From Clostridia bacterium (GTDB taxonomy: Bacteria; Bacillota; Clostridia; Oscillospirales; CAG-382): a stretch of DNA of 64,000 nucleotides. The notes under the pieces are model-generated. The model had not been told where the DNA came from. It was given only the letters and a program-made list of their open reading frames with translations, and made no database searches. Made by a program: the position numbers and the translations under genes. How positions within the stretch are numbered: position 1 is the first letter of the stretch; each line of letters begins with the position of its first letter. Below, one piece after another: positions 26,957-37,451 of this stretch. The DNA lies in the NCBI GenBank assembly GCA_017560085.1, contig JAFYPA010000025.1, positions 1,619 through 65,618 on the forward strand. Reading direction: 5' to 3'.

Positions 26957-29900
26957 TTACTTTTTAGCCTCTGCCGAAAGGTCAAAGGCATTTGCCGATG
27001 CGAGGTTGGGGAATATTGCCCAAGCCGCAACATCGAGATAAGGAGCCTTGCCGTCGGTTGTGATGAATGCCGCACCGTTATAGAATGCAGTACCCTTCAA
27101 AGCACCGAGGGGCATAAAGTGAATCTGTGTGGCGTGAGTTGCCTCGGAGGGGAAGCCTGTCACCTTGATGACAATTTCCTCCCACTGTCCGTTTGCCACA
27201 ACCGCACTGCCGGATACAGAGCCCGCACCGTTACCTACCTTGCCGCCTTCCGCATCAACCATATTGTATACGGTTGCGCCCGAGGTACCCTTACAGTTGG
27301 TTCTGATAAGACCCTTGATGTAGATAACCTCACTTCCGAGAGAGAACTTGGGAAGGCTGTAGCAGTCAAGATTTATCGTGGAAGTCTCGTTGTGGATTGT
27401 TCCGTGGGCGTACTTGATGCCCGTGGAAGCATCCGTGAGGTTTTCCATAGTGATAGCGGTTCTAAGGTCTGCGTAAAGCTTGTTTGCGGTTGTCTTAACA
27501 AGGAGAGGTGCTACGATTTCCGTGCTTTCGCCCACTTCTGCCTCTGCCTCTGCCTTGGGTGCTTCAGCCTCGGGAGCCTCCTTTGTCGCTCTGTCCTCGT
27601 CTGTTACGGGAGCTGTCTTTTCTATGCTGTAGCTCCACTGATAAAGCGGAATGTAATCCACAAAGTAAACCTGTGCGTTCTTGTCGCCGAGGTCGTTTGC
27701 AATCTTGAATGCGGCGGATGCATCTGCCTTTGCATTCTTGCCCGTGGAGTGAGAGTAAAGCTGGTTGCCTATACCCTGGATGTAGATGTTACCGTCATAT
27801 GAGGGAGCATTGGATGCGAAGTGGCAGGTTGTCTGTGAAAGCTCGTAAACGGATCTGTCGAATACATTGTTCACGATTCTGAAGTCGGTGAATTCGTTTC
27901 TTGAGCCGCCGCTTCTGATGTGTCTCTGGGAGTTGATGTCACGTCTTGTTGAGCCGAAGCCGAAGCCTGCGCGTCTCATAAGGTTGTTTTCAAATACTAC
28001 GTTGTTACCCTTTCTTGTGGCTGTTGCACTTGTGGATTCACCGTAGAAGTATTCGATGGAGTACTGACACATATCCATTACATTGTTGGAGTATGTGATG
28101 TTGTTCATAACAAGAGTGTTGTCGCCGTTTCCTACCTGATGAGTTACAGCCGCATCGTAAATCTGATAGAAGTAGCAGTTGTCAACGAGGTAGCCGTCAA
28201 TACCGCCGTAAACCTCGATTGCGTTACCGTATCTTGTTGCAATGCCGTTTCTCATATCGTATGTCTGAATGTTACCGCCAATCCAGTAGAATTCACAGTT
28301 TGTAACGGTAAGATTCTTGTTTGTACCGGAGGAGATACCGAAGCAGGAATTTCTGATGTCCAGGTTGTCGATTGTAACACCGTTGTTACCGCCACAAGTG
28401 ATAACCGCACCGTAGGTTACAAATTCGATGGAGTCGAATACCTTACCGGGGTTACCGTTGTCGCATCTGAGGTAAAATTCGCCCACGGATTCTCTGGGTG
28501 CAAAGTATGAGCCGCTGCTTACCGAGTCCGCAAAATGTACGAATTCGAAGTTTCTGTCAAGCTCCGTCTTGTAGTCGTAATCGTTCTTTGTCTTGTATAC
28601 GGTGAACTTTCCGCTGTCCTTGTTGTTGTCGGGCATATCCTTGTATGCGTAGCCGTCACCGCCGTTGAATACGATTGTACCGATGTCCTTGTAGTCTTCT
28701 CTGTAATACTTCCAGATGAGTGCGCCCGTGTCCTTGTTTTCATATACGAGAGACCACTTTGCGGGGTCGGCGCCGTTTTCGTATGAGCCGTTGAGGATAG
28801 GCTTTGCGCCCTCACCGTATGCGGTGTAGGTTACGTTTGCCTTGGCGTTTATCTTTTCAAACCATTCGCCGCCTCGCTGGAGAAGAACAACATCTCCGCT
28901 TCTTGCAAGCTGGTTACCCTTTGCGAAGCTCTTTACCGCCTTGTCGGGGGAAAGACCGTCATTCTTGTCGTCACCGTTTACGGAAACGTAAATCTTTCTG
29001 CCCGTGTGATTTGAAAGATCCATATTGGGAGTTGCCTTGATTTCCGCAATTCTCTTTGCTTCAAGTGCATCGAGCTCTGCAACCTTTGCGTTACCTGCCG
29101 CTGTGTCGTAAAGCTTTTCTCTGCCTATCTTCTGCTCAAGGATGAGAATCGGGTCTGCCATGGGATAAAGCCATGCATCGTTCCATTCAACATGGGGAAC
29201 TGTTGCTTCAGCAATATCTGCGAATGCCCAGTGGTTAAAGTCAACATCGAAGAAGAGAACGGAAATATCGTTTGTGAGAGCGTCAGCCTTCTTGGAAAGA
29301 CCTCTTGCACGGTTGATAACCGTTACGACCTCTGCTCTTGTGATTGTGTTGTCGGGCTTGAATGTGAATGTGCCGTCAGATTCTGCATAGCCGTTGATGA
29401 GACCTGCGGAAGCCGCCGCCATAATGGATGTATACTTTGCGTGGTCTGCGGGAACATCTGTAAATGCTGCCTTGATTCCCTTGTCCTGTGCGAGTCCTGT
29501 GAGATATACGAGCTCGGAGAATTCAGCTCTTGTGATGGGCTTGTTGGGCTCGAAGCTACCGCTGTAGCTCTTAAGAAGTCCCTTAGCCTCGCAGAAGCCG
29601 ATGTACTTTGCAAACCACTGGTCTGCGGGAACATCAGCAAATGCGGAAGTGCCTGCAATTGCTTCTTCCTTTTCGAGAAGTCTTGCAATAACCGTACAAG
29701 CCTCTGCTCTTGTCATTGTTCCCGAGGGAAGGAATGTGCCGTCCGCATAGCCGTTCATATAAGCGGTATGTGTCCGGAAGTCGGGCTTATCCTTGAAGAA
29801 CATTACTCTTGAAACAAACATAACGTCGGTTTCGTCAAGTATGGGAAGGCTGTCAAGACCGTATGCACGGATATGCATCTGCTTCATATTGGGAGTGGGA

Positions 29901-31180
29901 TTGTCGGGATTTACATTGCCCTCAAGCACGGACATATCAAAGAGTGCGATTGCCCATGTGTTTGCAACAAGAGGCTCTGTGGAGTTTGCGCCTACCGACT
30001 TTGTAAGAACGGCACCGTTGGTCATAACGTCCACTCTCATATTGATGTTCTTGGGGTTGGGTGCCTGATAGTAATACTCGATAGCGAACCATCTGTATGA
30101 GTTAAGGTCGATGTTCGCACCTGCGTACTTGTAGCCGTCAAGGCTGATTGTCTTGCCCGTGCTTGTTCTCTTGGTGTTGGGCGTACACATTACAACCTCT
30201 CTGCCGTCCTTGGTTGTGTTTTCAAGGAATGCGGTATCTGCGCCGTTTACTATTTCGTTGGAGTAGTCAATGTATTTAAGGGAGATGAAGTCCTCAACCT
30301 CTCTTTCAACCTTCCAGGAAACGGTGAAGGTGCAGTTGTATTCCGCTGTGAATTCCGTGCCGGGTGCATATGTCTTATTGTCAATACTGCTTATCCAGCC
30401 GAGGAATTCGGAGTTGTCGTATGTAAAGGGATTTTCGGGAAGAGTGAACTTTTCACCGCACTTGTAGGTCTTTACGAATTCGTCACCCGTAGCCTCGGGC
30501 GTTGCCTTGTTGAACTGTACGTCAACCGTCGCATCGGGGTTGGGGTTGGATTTGTAGAAGGTATACTTCGCTACATAGAACACATCATCCGCCGTAAGTG
30601 CCGTAAGAGGTGTTGCACCGAAGGGATAGAAGTGAAGCTGAACAAGATAAGGATTCTTGTTATCGGGATTGAGAGCTATATCACTGAAGTCGAAATACGC
30701 CTCTTCCCATTTGCCGGCAACAAGAGGCTTGTGGGATTCAACCATCTTTGCGCCCTTTATAACACTTGTGGAGCCGGGAAGAAGATTGACTCTGAGCTTG
30801 TCCGTTGTAACGGGAGTGTCCTTGGGAGCATAGTAATAGGTAACTCCGAGGTATCTGTACTCGGGAATGTTTACCGTCACGCCTTTGGATGCATACTTGC
30901 CCAGCGAATAGCAGTCGAGAGTATAGGTTGAGCCCTCGAAGGTTTCGGGTGTGGGTGTGAACTTAACGGCGGTCTTGCCCTCAAATGCAACATTCTTTTC
31001 AACTGTTGCGTTGGGCTTGCCGTTTACGATTCCGCCCGTAATGTCGTTGAAGTCAAAGGAGATGTATCCCTCTCCGACCTCATACTTTGCGTTTTCCTCC
31101 TGCGCGTTTACCGTGAAGGCTACTGCACTTACCGTCATCATAAGGCAGAACGCAAGGGTTAAAATTCTGCGTAATTTCAT
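26957..31180 (-). CDS. SLH-anchored right-handed beta-helix protein (paralog 1)
   Basis: Signal peptide, repeated N-terminal beta modules, B-repeat, SLH repeats (GYADGTF.P..TMTRAE), IYVS..GDDKNDG, RYGNAIEVYG, YDAAVTHQ. Confidence 0.88.
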   Translation of the reverse strand: MKLRRILTLAFCLMMTVSAVAFTVNAQEENAKYEVGEGYISFDFNDITGGIVNGKPNATVEKNVAFEGKTAVKFTPTPETFEGSTYTLDCYSLGKYASKGVTVNIPEYRYLGVTYYYAPKDTPVTTDKLRVNLLPGSTSVIKGAKMVESHKPLVAGKWEEAYFDFSDIALNPDNKNPYLVQLHFYPFGATPLTALTADDVFYVAKYTFYKSNPNPDATVDVQFNKATPEATGDEFVKTYKCGEKFTLPENPFTYDNSEFLGWISSIDNKTYAPGTEFTAEYNCTFTVSWKVEREVEDFISLKYIDYSNEIVNGADTAFLENTTKDGREVVMCTPNTKRTSTGKTISLDGYKYAGANIDLNSYRWFAIEYYYQAPNPKNINMRVDVMTNGAVLTKSVGANSTEPLVANTWAIALFDMSVLEGNVNPDNPTPNMKQMHIRAYGLDSLPILDETDVMFVSRVMFFKDKPDFRTHTAYMNGYADGTFLPSGTMTRAEACTVIARLLEKEEAIAGTSAFADVPADQWFAKYIGFCEAKGLLKSYSGSFEPNKPITRAEFSELVYLTGLAQDKGIKAAFTDVPADHAKYTSIMAAASAGLINGYAESDGTFTFKPDNTITRAEVVTVINRARGLSKKADALTNDISVLFFDVDFNHWAFADIAEATVPHVEWNDAWLYPMADPILILEQKIGREKLYDTAAGNAKVAELDALEAKRIAEIKATPNMDLSNHTGRKIYVSVNGDDKNDGLSPDKAVKSFAKGNQLARSGDVVLLQRGGEWFEKINAKANVTYTAYGEGAKPILNGSYENGADPAKWSLVYENKDTGALIWKYYREDYKDIGTIVFNGGDGYAYKDMPDNNKDSGKFTVYKTKNDYDYKTELDRNFEFVHFADSVSSGSYFAPRESVGEFYLRCDNGNPGKVFDSIEFVTYGAVITCGGNNGVTIDNLDIRNSCFGISSGTNKNLTVTNCEFYWIGGNIQTYDMRNGIATRYGNAIEVYGGIDGYLVDNCYFYQIYDAAVTHQVGNGDNTLVMNNITYSNNVMDMCQYSIEYFYGESTSATATRKGNNVVFENNLMRRAGFGFGSTRRDINSQRHIRSGGSRNEFTDFRIVNNVFDRSVYELSQTTCHFASNAPSYDGNIYIQGIGNQLYSHSTGKNAKADASAAFKIANDLGDKNAQVYFVDYIPLYQWSYSIEKTAPVTDEDRATKEAPEAEAPKAEAEAEVGESTEIVAPLLVKTTANKLYADLRTAITMENLTDASTGIKYAHGTIHNETSTINLDCYSLPKFSLGSEVIYIKGLIRTNCKGTSGATVYNMVDAEGGKVGNGAGSVSGSAVVANGQWEEIVIKVTGFPSEATHATQIHFMPLGALKGTAFYNGAAFITTDGKAPYLDVAAWAIFPNLASANAFDLSAEAKK
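29305..29761. repeat. 457-bp SLH-coding segment nearly identical to 52023-52479
   Basis: Colinear without indels, about 24 mismatches by hand count (~95%). Confidence 0.9.
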
Positions 31181-31388
31181 AGCTTTTCCATCCTTTCGTA
31201 AATGAAAAATATTACAGTTCAATTATGGCACACTTTCACTTAAATGTCAAGTATTTGTTGCATTTTTGAAAAAATTACCGCATATTGCACAAAAATATAT
31301 CAAAAAACGCAATTTTCGTGCCGTCTGCATTTTACTCCGTGCGGAGTAATATAATGTTTCGGAATCATTTTTCGAAAGGAAACGCAAT

Positions 31389-32486
31389 ATGAAAAAGAAA
31401 AAACACTCGCGCGAGCTGATAACACACTGCACAAGAGCGTTCTTCATCCTGACCTTCGCCATTCTTTCCCTTGGCGGACTTTACGGCAAAAGCGGATTTA
31501 CGGCTTACGCCCCGCAACGAAACGGCACGCCCGTAATTTCCACAGTGCTTGACGCACGGACACACAATGAATCCTCCGACCTTAACCCGCACGGATTTCC
31601 GCAGACCTCGGCACGGGCACTCTGCCTTATAAGTGGTGACACGGGCGAGCTTCTTTACTGTCAGAACGGCAACGAGGCTCTGCCTATGGCAAGCACCACC
31701 AAGATTATGACGGCTCTTGTCGCACTTGAGAGGTGCTCTGCGGATTCGGTTGTGACAGTCCCTCGTGAGGCGTGCAATATCGAGGGCTCCTCCGTTTATC
31801 TTCGGGAGGGCGAGAAAATCACGGTGCGGGATTTACTGTACGGACTTATGCTTGAGTCGGGCAACGATGCCGCCTGCGCTCTTGCGATAGCCTCCTATGG
31901 CAGTGTGGACAAATTCGTGACGGCTATGAACAAAAGGGCAAGAGAGCTGGGGCTTGTCTCCACAAGCTTTGCAAATCCCCACGGTCTGCCTGCGGAAAAT
32001 CATTACACCACCGCAAGGGAGCTTGCAAAAATTGCCTATACCGCCATGCAGAATCCGCTTTTCCGTGAGATTGTAAAAACAAAGACCTACACGGCAAATG
32101 GCGAAAACGGCGAGCCGACAAGGTATTTTTCAAACCACAACAGACTTCTCGGCTCCTACGAGGGCACGGTCGGAATAAAGACGGGCTACACTCTTAGTGC
32201 GGGAAGATGCCTTGTGACAAGTGCTCTGCGGGACGGCACCTCCTTTATAGCGGTGACTCTGGGCGACAGAAACGATTTTGCCGACCACAGAGCGATGTAC
32301 GACTTCGCCTTTGAAAATTTCCGCACGGTTCATTTTGCGAAAAAAGGCGAGGTCTGCGGTATATTCGGCGGTGTAAAAATGGGAAGCTTCGAAGAAATAG
32401 CATTTACGGTACACAAGGACGACGAAAAAAGCTCCTTCGATACGGATATTACACTTCGGATGTGCTCGGATTTCAATAATAATTAA
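31389..32486 (+). CDS. D-alanyl-D-alanine carboxypeptidase (peptidase S11, DacB/DacF-like)
   Basis: MASTTKIMT, SGNDA, FANPHGL, KTGYT. Confidence 0.92.
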   Translation: MKKKKHSRELITHCTRAFFILTFAILSLGGLYGKSGFTAYAPQRNGTPVISTVLDARTHNESSDLNPHGFPQTSARALCLISGDTGELLYCQNGNEALPMASTTKIMTALVALERCSADSVVTVPREACNIEGSSVYLREGEKITVRDLLYGLMLESGNDAACALAIASYGSVDKFVTAMNKRARELGLVSTSFANPHGLPAENHYTTARELAKIAYTAMQNPLFREIVKTKTYTANGENGEPTRYFSNHNRLLGSYEGTVGIKTGYTLSAGRCLVTSALRDGTSFIAVTLGDRNDFADHRAMYDFAFENFRTVHFAKKGEVCGIFGGVKMGSFEEIAFTVHKDDEKSSFDTDITLRMCSDFNNN

Positions 32487-32577
32487 CAGCAGATACATAG
32501 AATTTCCCTGCCGTTGTGTGATACAATTATAATGTATATTTATTTTTGAAAATTCAGAACGGAAGGTAATAAAAAGT

Positions 32578-35500
32578 ATGAAGCTCGGAAAACTGCTCTC
32601 GATTCTGTTATGTGCGTACGCCGTAATGACTCTTGCGGTAATGTCGGTATCCGCCGACAGCACCTTCGGTGTAAACGTAAAGCTTGACGGCTCACAGTTT
32701 GTAAGCGCCTACGGTGTCGCAAAGTCTCACGACGGACTTGTAACCTTAAAGACGGCTACCCTCACGGACGGCTATCAGTATGACGATGTAACAAGGGTTG
32801 TGAAAATCGTTCCAAATAAATCCTACACGGGTACAAATCCCATAGGCATAAAGCACACCTCGGTTGCGTCCATGCAGTACACTCTCAAGGACATAAAGTA
32901 TGTAAGATACTACTACTATTACACGGGCGACTACAGCGGAAGAGCAAAGCTTGTTCTCCCCGCCTCCGAGTTCAACCTCACAAAGGACTGTGTTGTTTAC
33001 TCGATGGAAACCCTTGAAAAAAACAGATGGACTTATCTTACCTTCAATATCGAGGACGTAATCTACGGATACGTCTACACGGGCGGCTCTCTTGCGAATA
33101 TGCAGTTCTATCCCTTCGGAGACACAAAGCCATCGGCGCTTTCCTCGGATGAGCTTCTTCTGCGCGAAATCTATCTCTGGGGTAAGGACAATGTGAATAC
33201 GCTTGCGGCTCTCTCAAGCGGTACTCTCGTTCCGAGGTATCCCGTAAGCTTTGTTCCCGGCAGAAGCGATTCTGTGGGTACTGCTCCCGAAACGGTATGG
33301 GTTGAGGTCGGCGAGGAAATCATCCTTCCCGAAAACACCTTCACCCGTGAGGGCTACACCTTTGCAGGCTGGATTTGCGGAGTCGGAAGCAAGGTTATGC
33401 AGCCCGGTGACAAATATGTCGTCGAGGAAAGAAAAAGAGTTGGCGGTCCCGACACGGCAACCCTTGACTTTATCGCAAACTGGCAGCCGATCAAGGAGGA
33501 GGAGGGTGTTGCCCTTCTTCCCGCAGTAAACAGAGTAGGCTATACGGCGTTCTGCGGAGGCATTGTTGACGGCAGAAAGTACGGCTCTCTTACAAGACCT
33601 GTTATGTTTGACGGTCTTGAAACGGTAAAGTTCACATACGACGAAAACGGCAAGGATGTATCCAAGTACCAGGTTTCCTTTGACGGCTGGACGTGGAACA
33701 CGCTTCCTCTCGACCTTGCCCACTACAAGTGTCTTATCATCCCCTACTACTACAAGACAAGCGGAACAAAGAGCTTCATTCCGCTTATGAATATGCTCGG
33801 CGGCTCGGACAGAGCCCTTTCAAAGAGCTACACCGTTTCAAGCAGTACGGGAAATCTCAAGAGAAACCAGTGGGCGGTTATGGCGTTCACCTTCGATTAC
33901 GAAACAAACGCGGGACTCAACAAGCTGATTCAGTGGGACTACTCCACGGTTGTAAACCAGATTCACTTCTGGATGTTCGGAAACGGAAAGGCATCAAGCC
34001 TTGTTCCCGGTGACGAGCTTTACCTCGGTGACTTCGTGTTCCTCAACTACGTTCCCGAAAAGCTTTCCACGCTTACCTTCTCAAAGGGCTTTCTTACGGG
34101 CGACGAGGACGGATATGCCCGTCCCCTTGACGAGCTTACAAACGCTGAGGCGGCTTCCATTCTCGCAAAGTCCAACGGCTTTACCGTCGGAAGCGAGGCA
34201 TCCTATACAGCCACAACCTACACCGATGTAAAATCCGGCGACTGGTTCCTTCCCTATGTTTCCTATCTTGAAAGCAAGGGGATTCTTCCCGGTAAAGGAA
34301 AATTCAACCCCAATGCAAAGTGTCCCTTTGACGACTATGTCGAATGGACTGTAAAGGCATCGGCGGGCGGTGCGGCATCCGACGGAGATTTCGGAAAGCT
34401 TCCCGTATCCGAATCTGCCGCCGGCATCACAAGAGCAAGCGCCGTAAACCTTGCGCTCAATATTATGAAGGGCGTCAGCTACAACACAAGCGATGCACAG
34501 AAGATAATCGGTGACGAGGCTCTTTATCCCGATGTATCAAAGAATCAGTGGTTCTATCCCGACATTGTATTCTCATCCCTTCCCACGCTCAGCTATACGG
34601 TGAACGGTGACTCCAAGGTTGTTGATGTATATTACAACAAGCCCGTCAAGGAGGAGGACTTCCCGCAGGATAAGCTGGATGAGGGCTCAAAATATGTTGC
34701 GGAGCTTGACAGGCTTACAATCGACAGAATAAACGAAATCCTTCTCTCGGATTCTCAATATACGCAGAAGAAGGGCGGACGCACACACTATGTTTCAAGC
34801 TCTGGCGGCAGCGGTACTACCGGAAGCTCAAGCGAGGACAATCCCATTTACGTAAAGACTCTCAACGAGGCATCCTCTATTCCCCTTGCCCCCGGTGATG
34901 TTGTGCTCTTCAAGAGAGGAGATGTATTCAGAGGTAATCTCACAGCTCAGGCGGGCGTTACCTACTCCGCATACGGAAGCGGTGACAAGCCCAAGCTCAT
35001 AACCTCTCCCGAGAATGCTTCGGGCAAGGACAAATGGGAGCTTTACTATTCGGATGAAACAGGCAAGAAAATCTGGAAATTCAAGAACGGCGAGCTTCCC
35101 GATATAGGTGCAATCAACCTTATTTCGGACGGTGGAGAGCACCTTATAGCATACAAGGAGATTCCCTCCTACTACGCGAACACCTTCTGGGTGCGCGGCA
35201 AGGTTGAAATGGAGGAGTACGATGTTATAACACAGCTCGACAACGACTACGAATTCGTTCATCTCGCACAGTATCAGCCGGGCTCTGATTACGAAAAGCT
35301 TTCACTTTCGGGCGGTGTTCCCGCAAACAATGCGGTAGGTCCCATCTATCTCAGATGTGACGACGGCAATCCCGGTACGCTTTATCCCAGAATCGAGTTC
35401 AACGGTGACTACCATACAATCAGATGCAACGGTGACAGCATTACAATCGACAATCTCTGTCTTCTCTACTTCGGCAGACACGGTGTTTCCGCAGGTACAA

Positions 35501-36276
35501 ACCACAATCTTACCGTAAGAAACTGTGAAATCGGCTGGGGCGGTGGCTCTGTTCAGTCCTATAATACATCCTCCGGCTCTGCCACAAGATTCGGTAACGG
35601 TGTCGAAATCTACGGCGCACTTACCAACTACACCATTGACAACTGTTATGTATACGAAATCTACGATGCAGGTATCACACATCAGATTTCGGGCACATCC
35701 TCCGGTAACTACTATATGGAGGGCGTATACTACACAAACAACGTTCTTGTCAACTCCACCTACAACATCGAATACTTTATGTCCATGAACACCGTAAAGG
35801 ATTCCGCAACGGGCACGGTACCGCTTCAGGAGCGTTATATGAAGAATGTATACTTCACGGACAACATAGTAAGAAAAGCGGGCTACGGCTGGGGTGTACA
35901 GCGTCCCGACAGTGCTCCCTCCAATATCAAGGGCTGGACACATCACAATCTTTCCGATAACTACATCATAGAAGGAAACATCTTCGACAGATGTCTTGAC
36001 CTTCAGAACTTCCGTACCGACTACAATGTTATGCTCGGTACGACATACGAGTCCTCCACGCCTTATATGAAGAACAACATCTTCGTTCAGACGCCCGGCA
36101 GAATTCTTATGACCTTCCACAAGACAAGCTATATGACAGACCTCAATTCCGAGGAGCTTCTCACAAAGCTTGCAGGCCCCGGCAACAAGGTATACTTCTA
36201 CCCCGACGACGAAAAGGAATACTGGGGCAATGTCCACTGGAGAGATCTTGAGGCTATAAGAGAAAACAAGAAATAA
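32578..36276 (+). CDS. SLH-containing right-handed beta-helix protein (paralog 2, divergent SLH region)
   Basis: Signal peptide, B-repeat, degenerate SLH (DVKSGDWF, ITRASAV), FKRGD, RFGNGVEIYG, YDAGITHQ. Confidence 0.85.
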   Translation: MKLGKLLSILLCAYAVMTLAVMSVSADSTFGVNVKLDGSQFVSAYGVAKSHDGLVTLKTATLTDGYQYDDVTRVVKIVPNKSYTGTNPIGIKHTSVASMQYTLKDIKYVRYYYYYTGDYSGRAKLVLPASEFNLTKDCVVYSMETLEKNRWTYLTFNIEDVIYGYVYTGGSLANMQFYPFGDTKPSALSSDELLLREIYLWGKDNVNTLAALSSGTLVPRYPVSFVPGRSDSVGTAPETVWVEVGEEIILPENTFTREGYTFAGWICGVGSKVMQPGDKYVVEERKRVGGPDTATLDFIANWQPIKEEEGVALLPAVNRVGYTAFCGGIVDGRKYGSLTRPVMFDGLETVKFTYDENGKDVSKYQVSFDGWTWNTLPLDLAHYKCLIIPYYYKTSGTKSFIPLMNMLGGSDRALSKSYTVSSSTGNLKRNQWAVMAFTFDYETNAGLNKLIQWDYSTVVNQIHFWMFGNGKASSLVPGDELYLGDFVFLNYVPEKLSTLTFSKGFLTGDEDGYARPLDELTNAEAASILAKSNGFTVGSEASYTATTYTDVKSGDWFLPYVSYLESKGILPGKGKFNPNAKCPFDDYVEWTVKASAGGAASDGDFGKLPVSESAAGITRASAVNLALNIMKGVSYNTSDAQKIIGDEALYPDVSKNQWFYPDIVFSSLPTLSYTVNGDSKVVDVYYNKPVKEEDFPQDKLDEGSKYVAELDRLTIDRINEILLSDSQYTQKKGGRTHYVSSSGGSGTTGSSSEDNPIYVKTLNEASSIPLAPGDVVLFKRGDVFRGNLTAQAGVTYSAYGSGDKPKLITSPENASGKDKWELYYSDETGKKIWKFKNGELPDIGAINLISDGGEHLIAYKEIPSYYANTFWVRGKVEMEEYDVITQLDNDYEFVHLAQYQPGSDYEKLSLSGGVPANNAVGPIYLRCDDGNPGTLYPRIEFNGDYHTIRCNGDSITIDNLCLLYFGRHGVSAGTNHNLTVRNCEIGWGGGSVQSYNTSSGSATRFGNGVEIYGALTNYTIDNCYVYEIYDAGITHQISGTSSGNYYMEGVYYTNNVLVNSTYNIEYFMSMNTVKDSATGTVPLQERYMKNVYFTDNIVRKAGYGWGVQRPDSAPSNIKGWTHHNLSDNYIIEGNIFDRCLDLQNFRTDYNVMLGTTYESSTPYMKNNIFVQTPGRILMTFHKTSYMTDLNSEELLTKLAGPGNKVYFYPDDEKEYWGNVHWRDLEAIRENKK

Positions 36277-36310
36277 TCCCACAAATCCCACACAGCATGA
36301 GGTATAAATT

Positions 36311-37402
36311 TTGATTAAACTCGTACACATATCCGACCTTCATCTCGACACCCCCTTTGCGGGGTGCGACCTTGCCGAAAGAAGTGCAAGACGGAGCGAG
36401 CTCCGTGACGGACTTTCCGCGGTATGCAGATACTGCAAGGAAAACTCGGTACAGCTTCTTCTCATAGCGGGCGACCTTTTCGAGAGCGACTACACAAGCC
36501 GTGAGACCGCACGGTTCGTTGCGGAGTGTCTCGGCACGATTCCCGAAACCCGTGTATTTATTTCGCCCGGGAACCACGACCCGTACAACGGCGCATCGCC
36601 CTACAGATACTGTCAGTTCCCCGACAATGTACACATATTCAGCGGTGAGTCCCTTGAGTCGGTGGAAATTCCCGAGCTTCACACGGCTGTTTACGGCTAC
36701 GCCTTCACGGGCGAGAGTATGACGGAAAACCCCGTGCACGGAATTCATCCCTTTGACACGGACAGAATCAACATTCTTGTAGCCCACGGAGATTACGATG
36801 TTCCCCGTTCTCCCTATTACAGCATAAGTCATTCGGACATATGCGAAAGCGGACTTGACTATGTGGCGCTCGGTCACATTCACAAGCCCTCGGGAATAAT
36901 GAATGCGGGCGGAACTGTCTGGGCATACAGCGGATGTCTTATCGGCAGAGATTTCGGTGAATGCGGTGAGCGAGGAATGATTGCGGGCACGATTTCCAAG
37001 GAAAGCGGTGCAAATCTCAGCTATATTCCCGTAACGAAAGCGAGCTTTGAGGAGCTTCGTATAGATACGAATGACAAGTCCATTGACGAGGCAATTGAGG
37101 AAGCAAGGCGTCTTCGCTCGGAGCTTGCCTCTGAGTGCAGGGTAAGGATAACTCTTTGCGGAACGGACAGGGCAAGGCTTGACATAATCCGTCAGAATCT
37201 TCTTTCCGATGCGACTATGGGCTTTTGCGAGGTTCTTGAGGAAATTTCCGAATCTGCGGTATTTGAGGAAATTGCGGATGAATTCTCCATGCGTGGAGAA
37301 TTTGCGAGGAGGCTTCGTCCGTACATTGAGTCCGAGGATGAGAGTGTAAGGGAAACTGCGGAAATGGCGTTGAGGCTTGGACTTGAGGCGTTGAAGAAGT
37401 AG
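36311..37402 (+). CDS. Mre11/SbcD-like DNA repair exonuclease (YhaO-type metallophosphoesterase)
   Basis: HISDLHL, AGDLF, PGNHD, AHG, YVALGHIH. Confidence 0.9.
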   Translation: MIKLVHISDLHLDTPFAGCDLAERSARRSELRDGLSAVCRYCKENSVQLLLIAGDLFESDYTSRETARFVAECLGTIPETRVFISPGNHDPYNGASPYRYCQFPDNVHIFSGESLESVEIPELHTAVYGYAFTGESMTENPVHGIHPFDTDRINILVAHGDYDVPRSPYYSISHSDICESGLDYVALGHIHKPSGIMNAGGTVWAYSGCLIGRDFGECGERGMIAGTISKESGANLSYIPVTKASFEELRIDTNDKSIDEAIEEARRLRSELASECRVRITLCGTDRARLDIIRQNLLSDATMGFCEVLEEISESAVFEEIADEFSMRGEFARRLRPYIESEDESVRETAEMALRLGLEALKK

Positions 37403-37451
37403 GCAATAAAATGTTATTCGGGGAGCAGGCTGTCAGGGTTTGCTCCTTTGA

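Noticed and set aside
29305-29761. Diversity-generating retroelement TR/VR pair (with 52023-52479)
   Set aside because: Mismatches are mostly synonymous and not adenine-specific, both copies are in-frame coding, and no reverse transcriptase is present.
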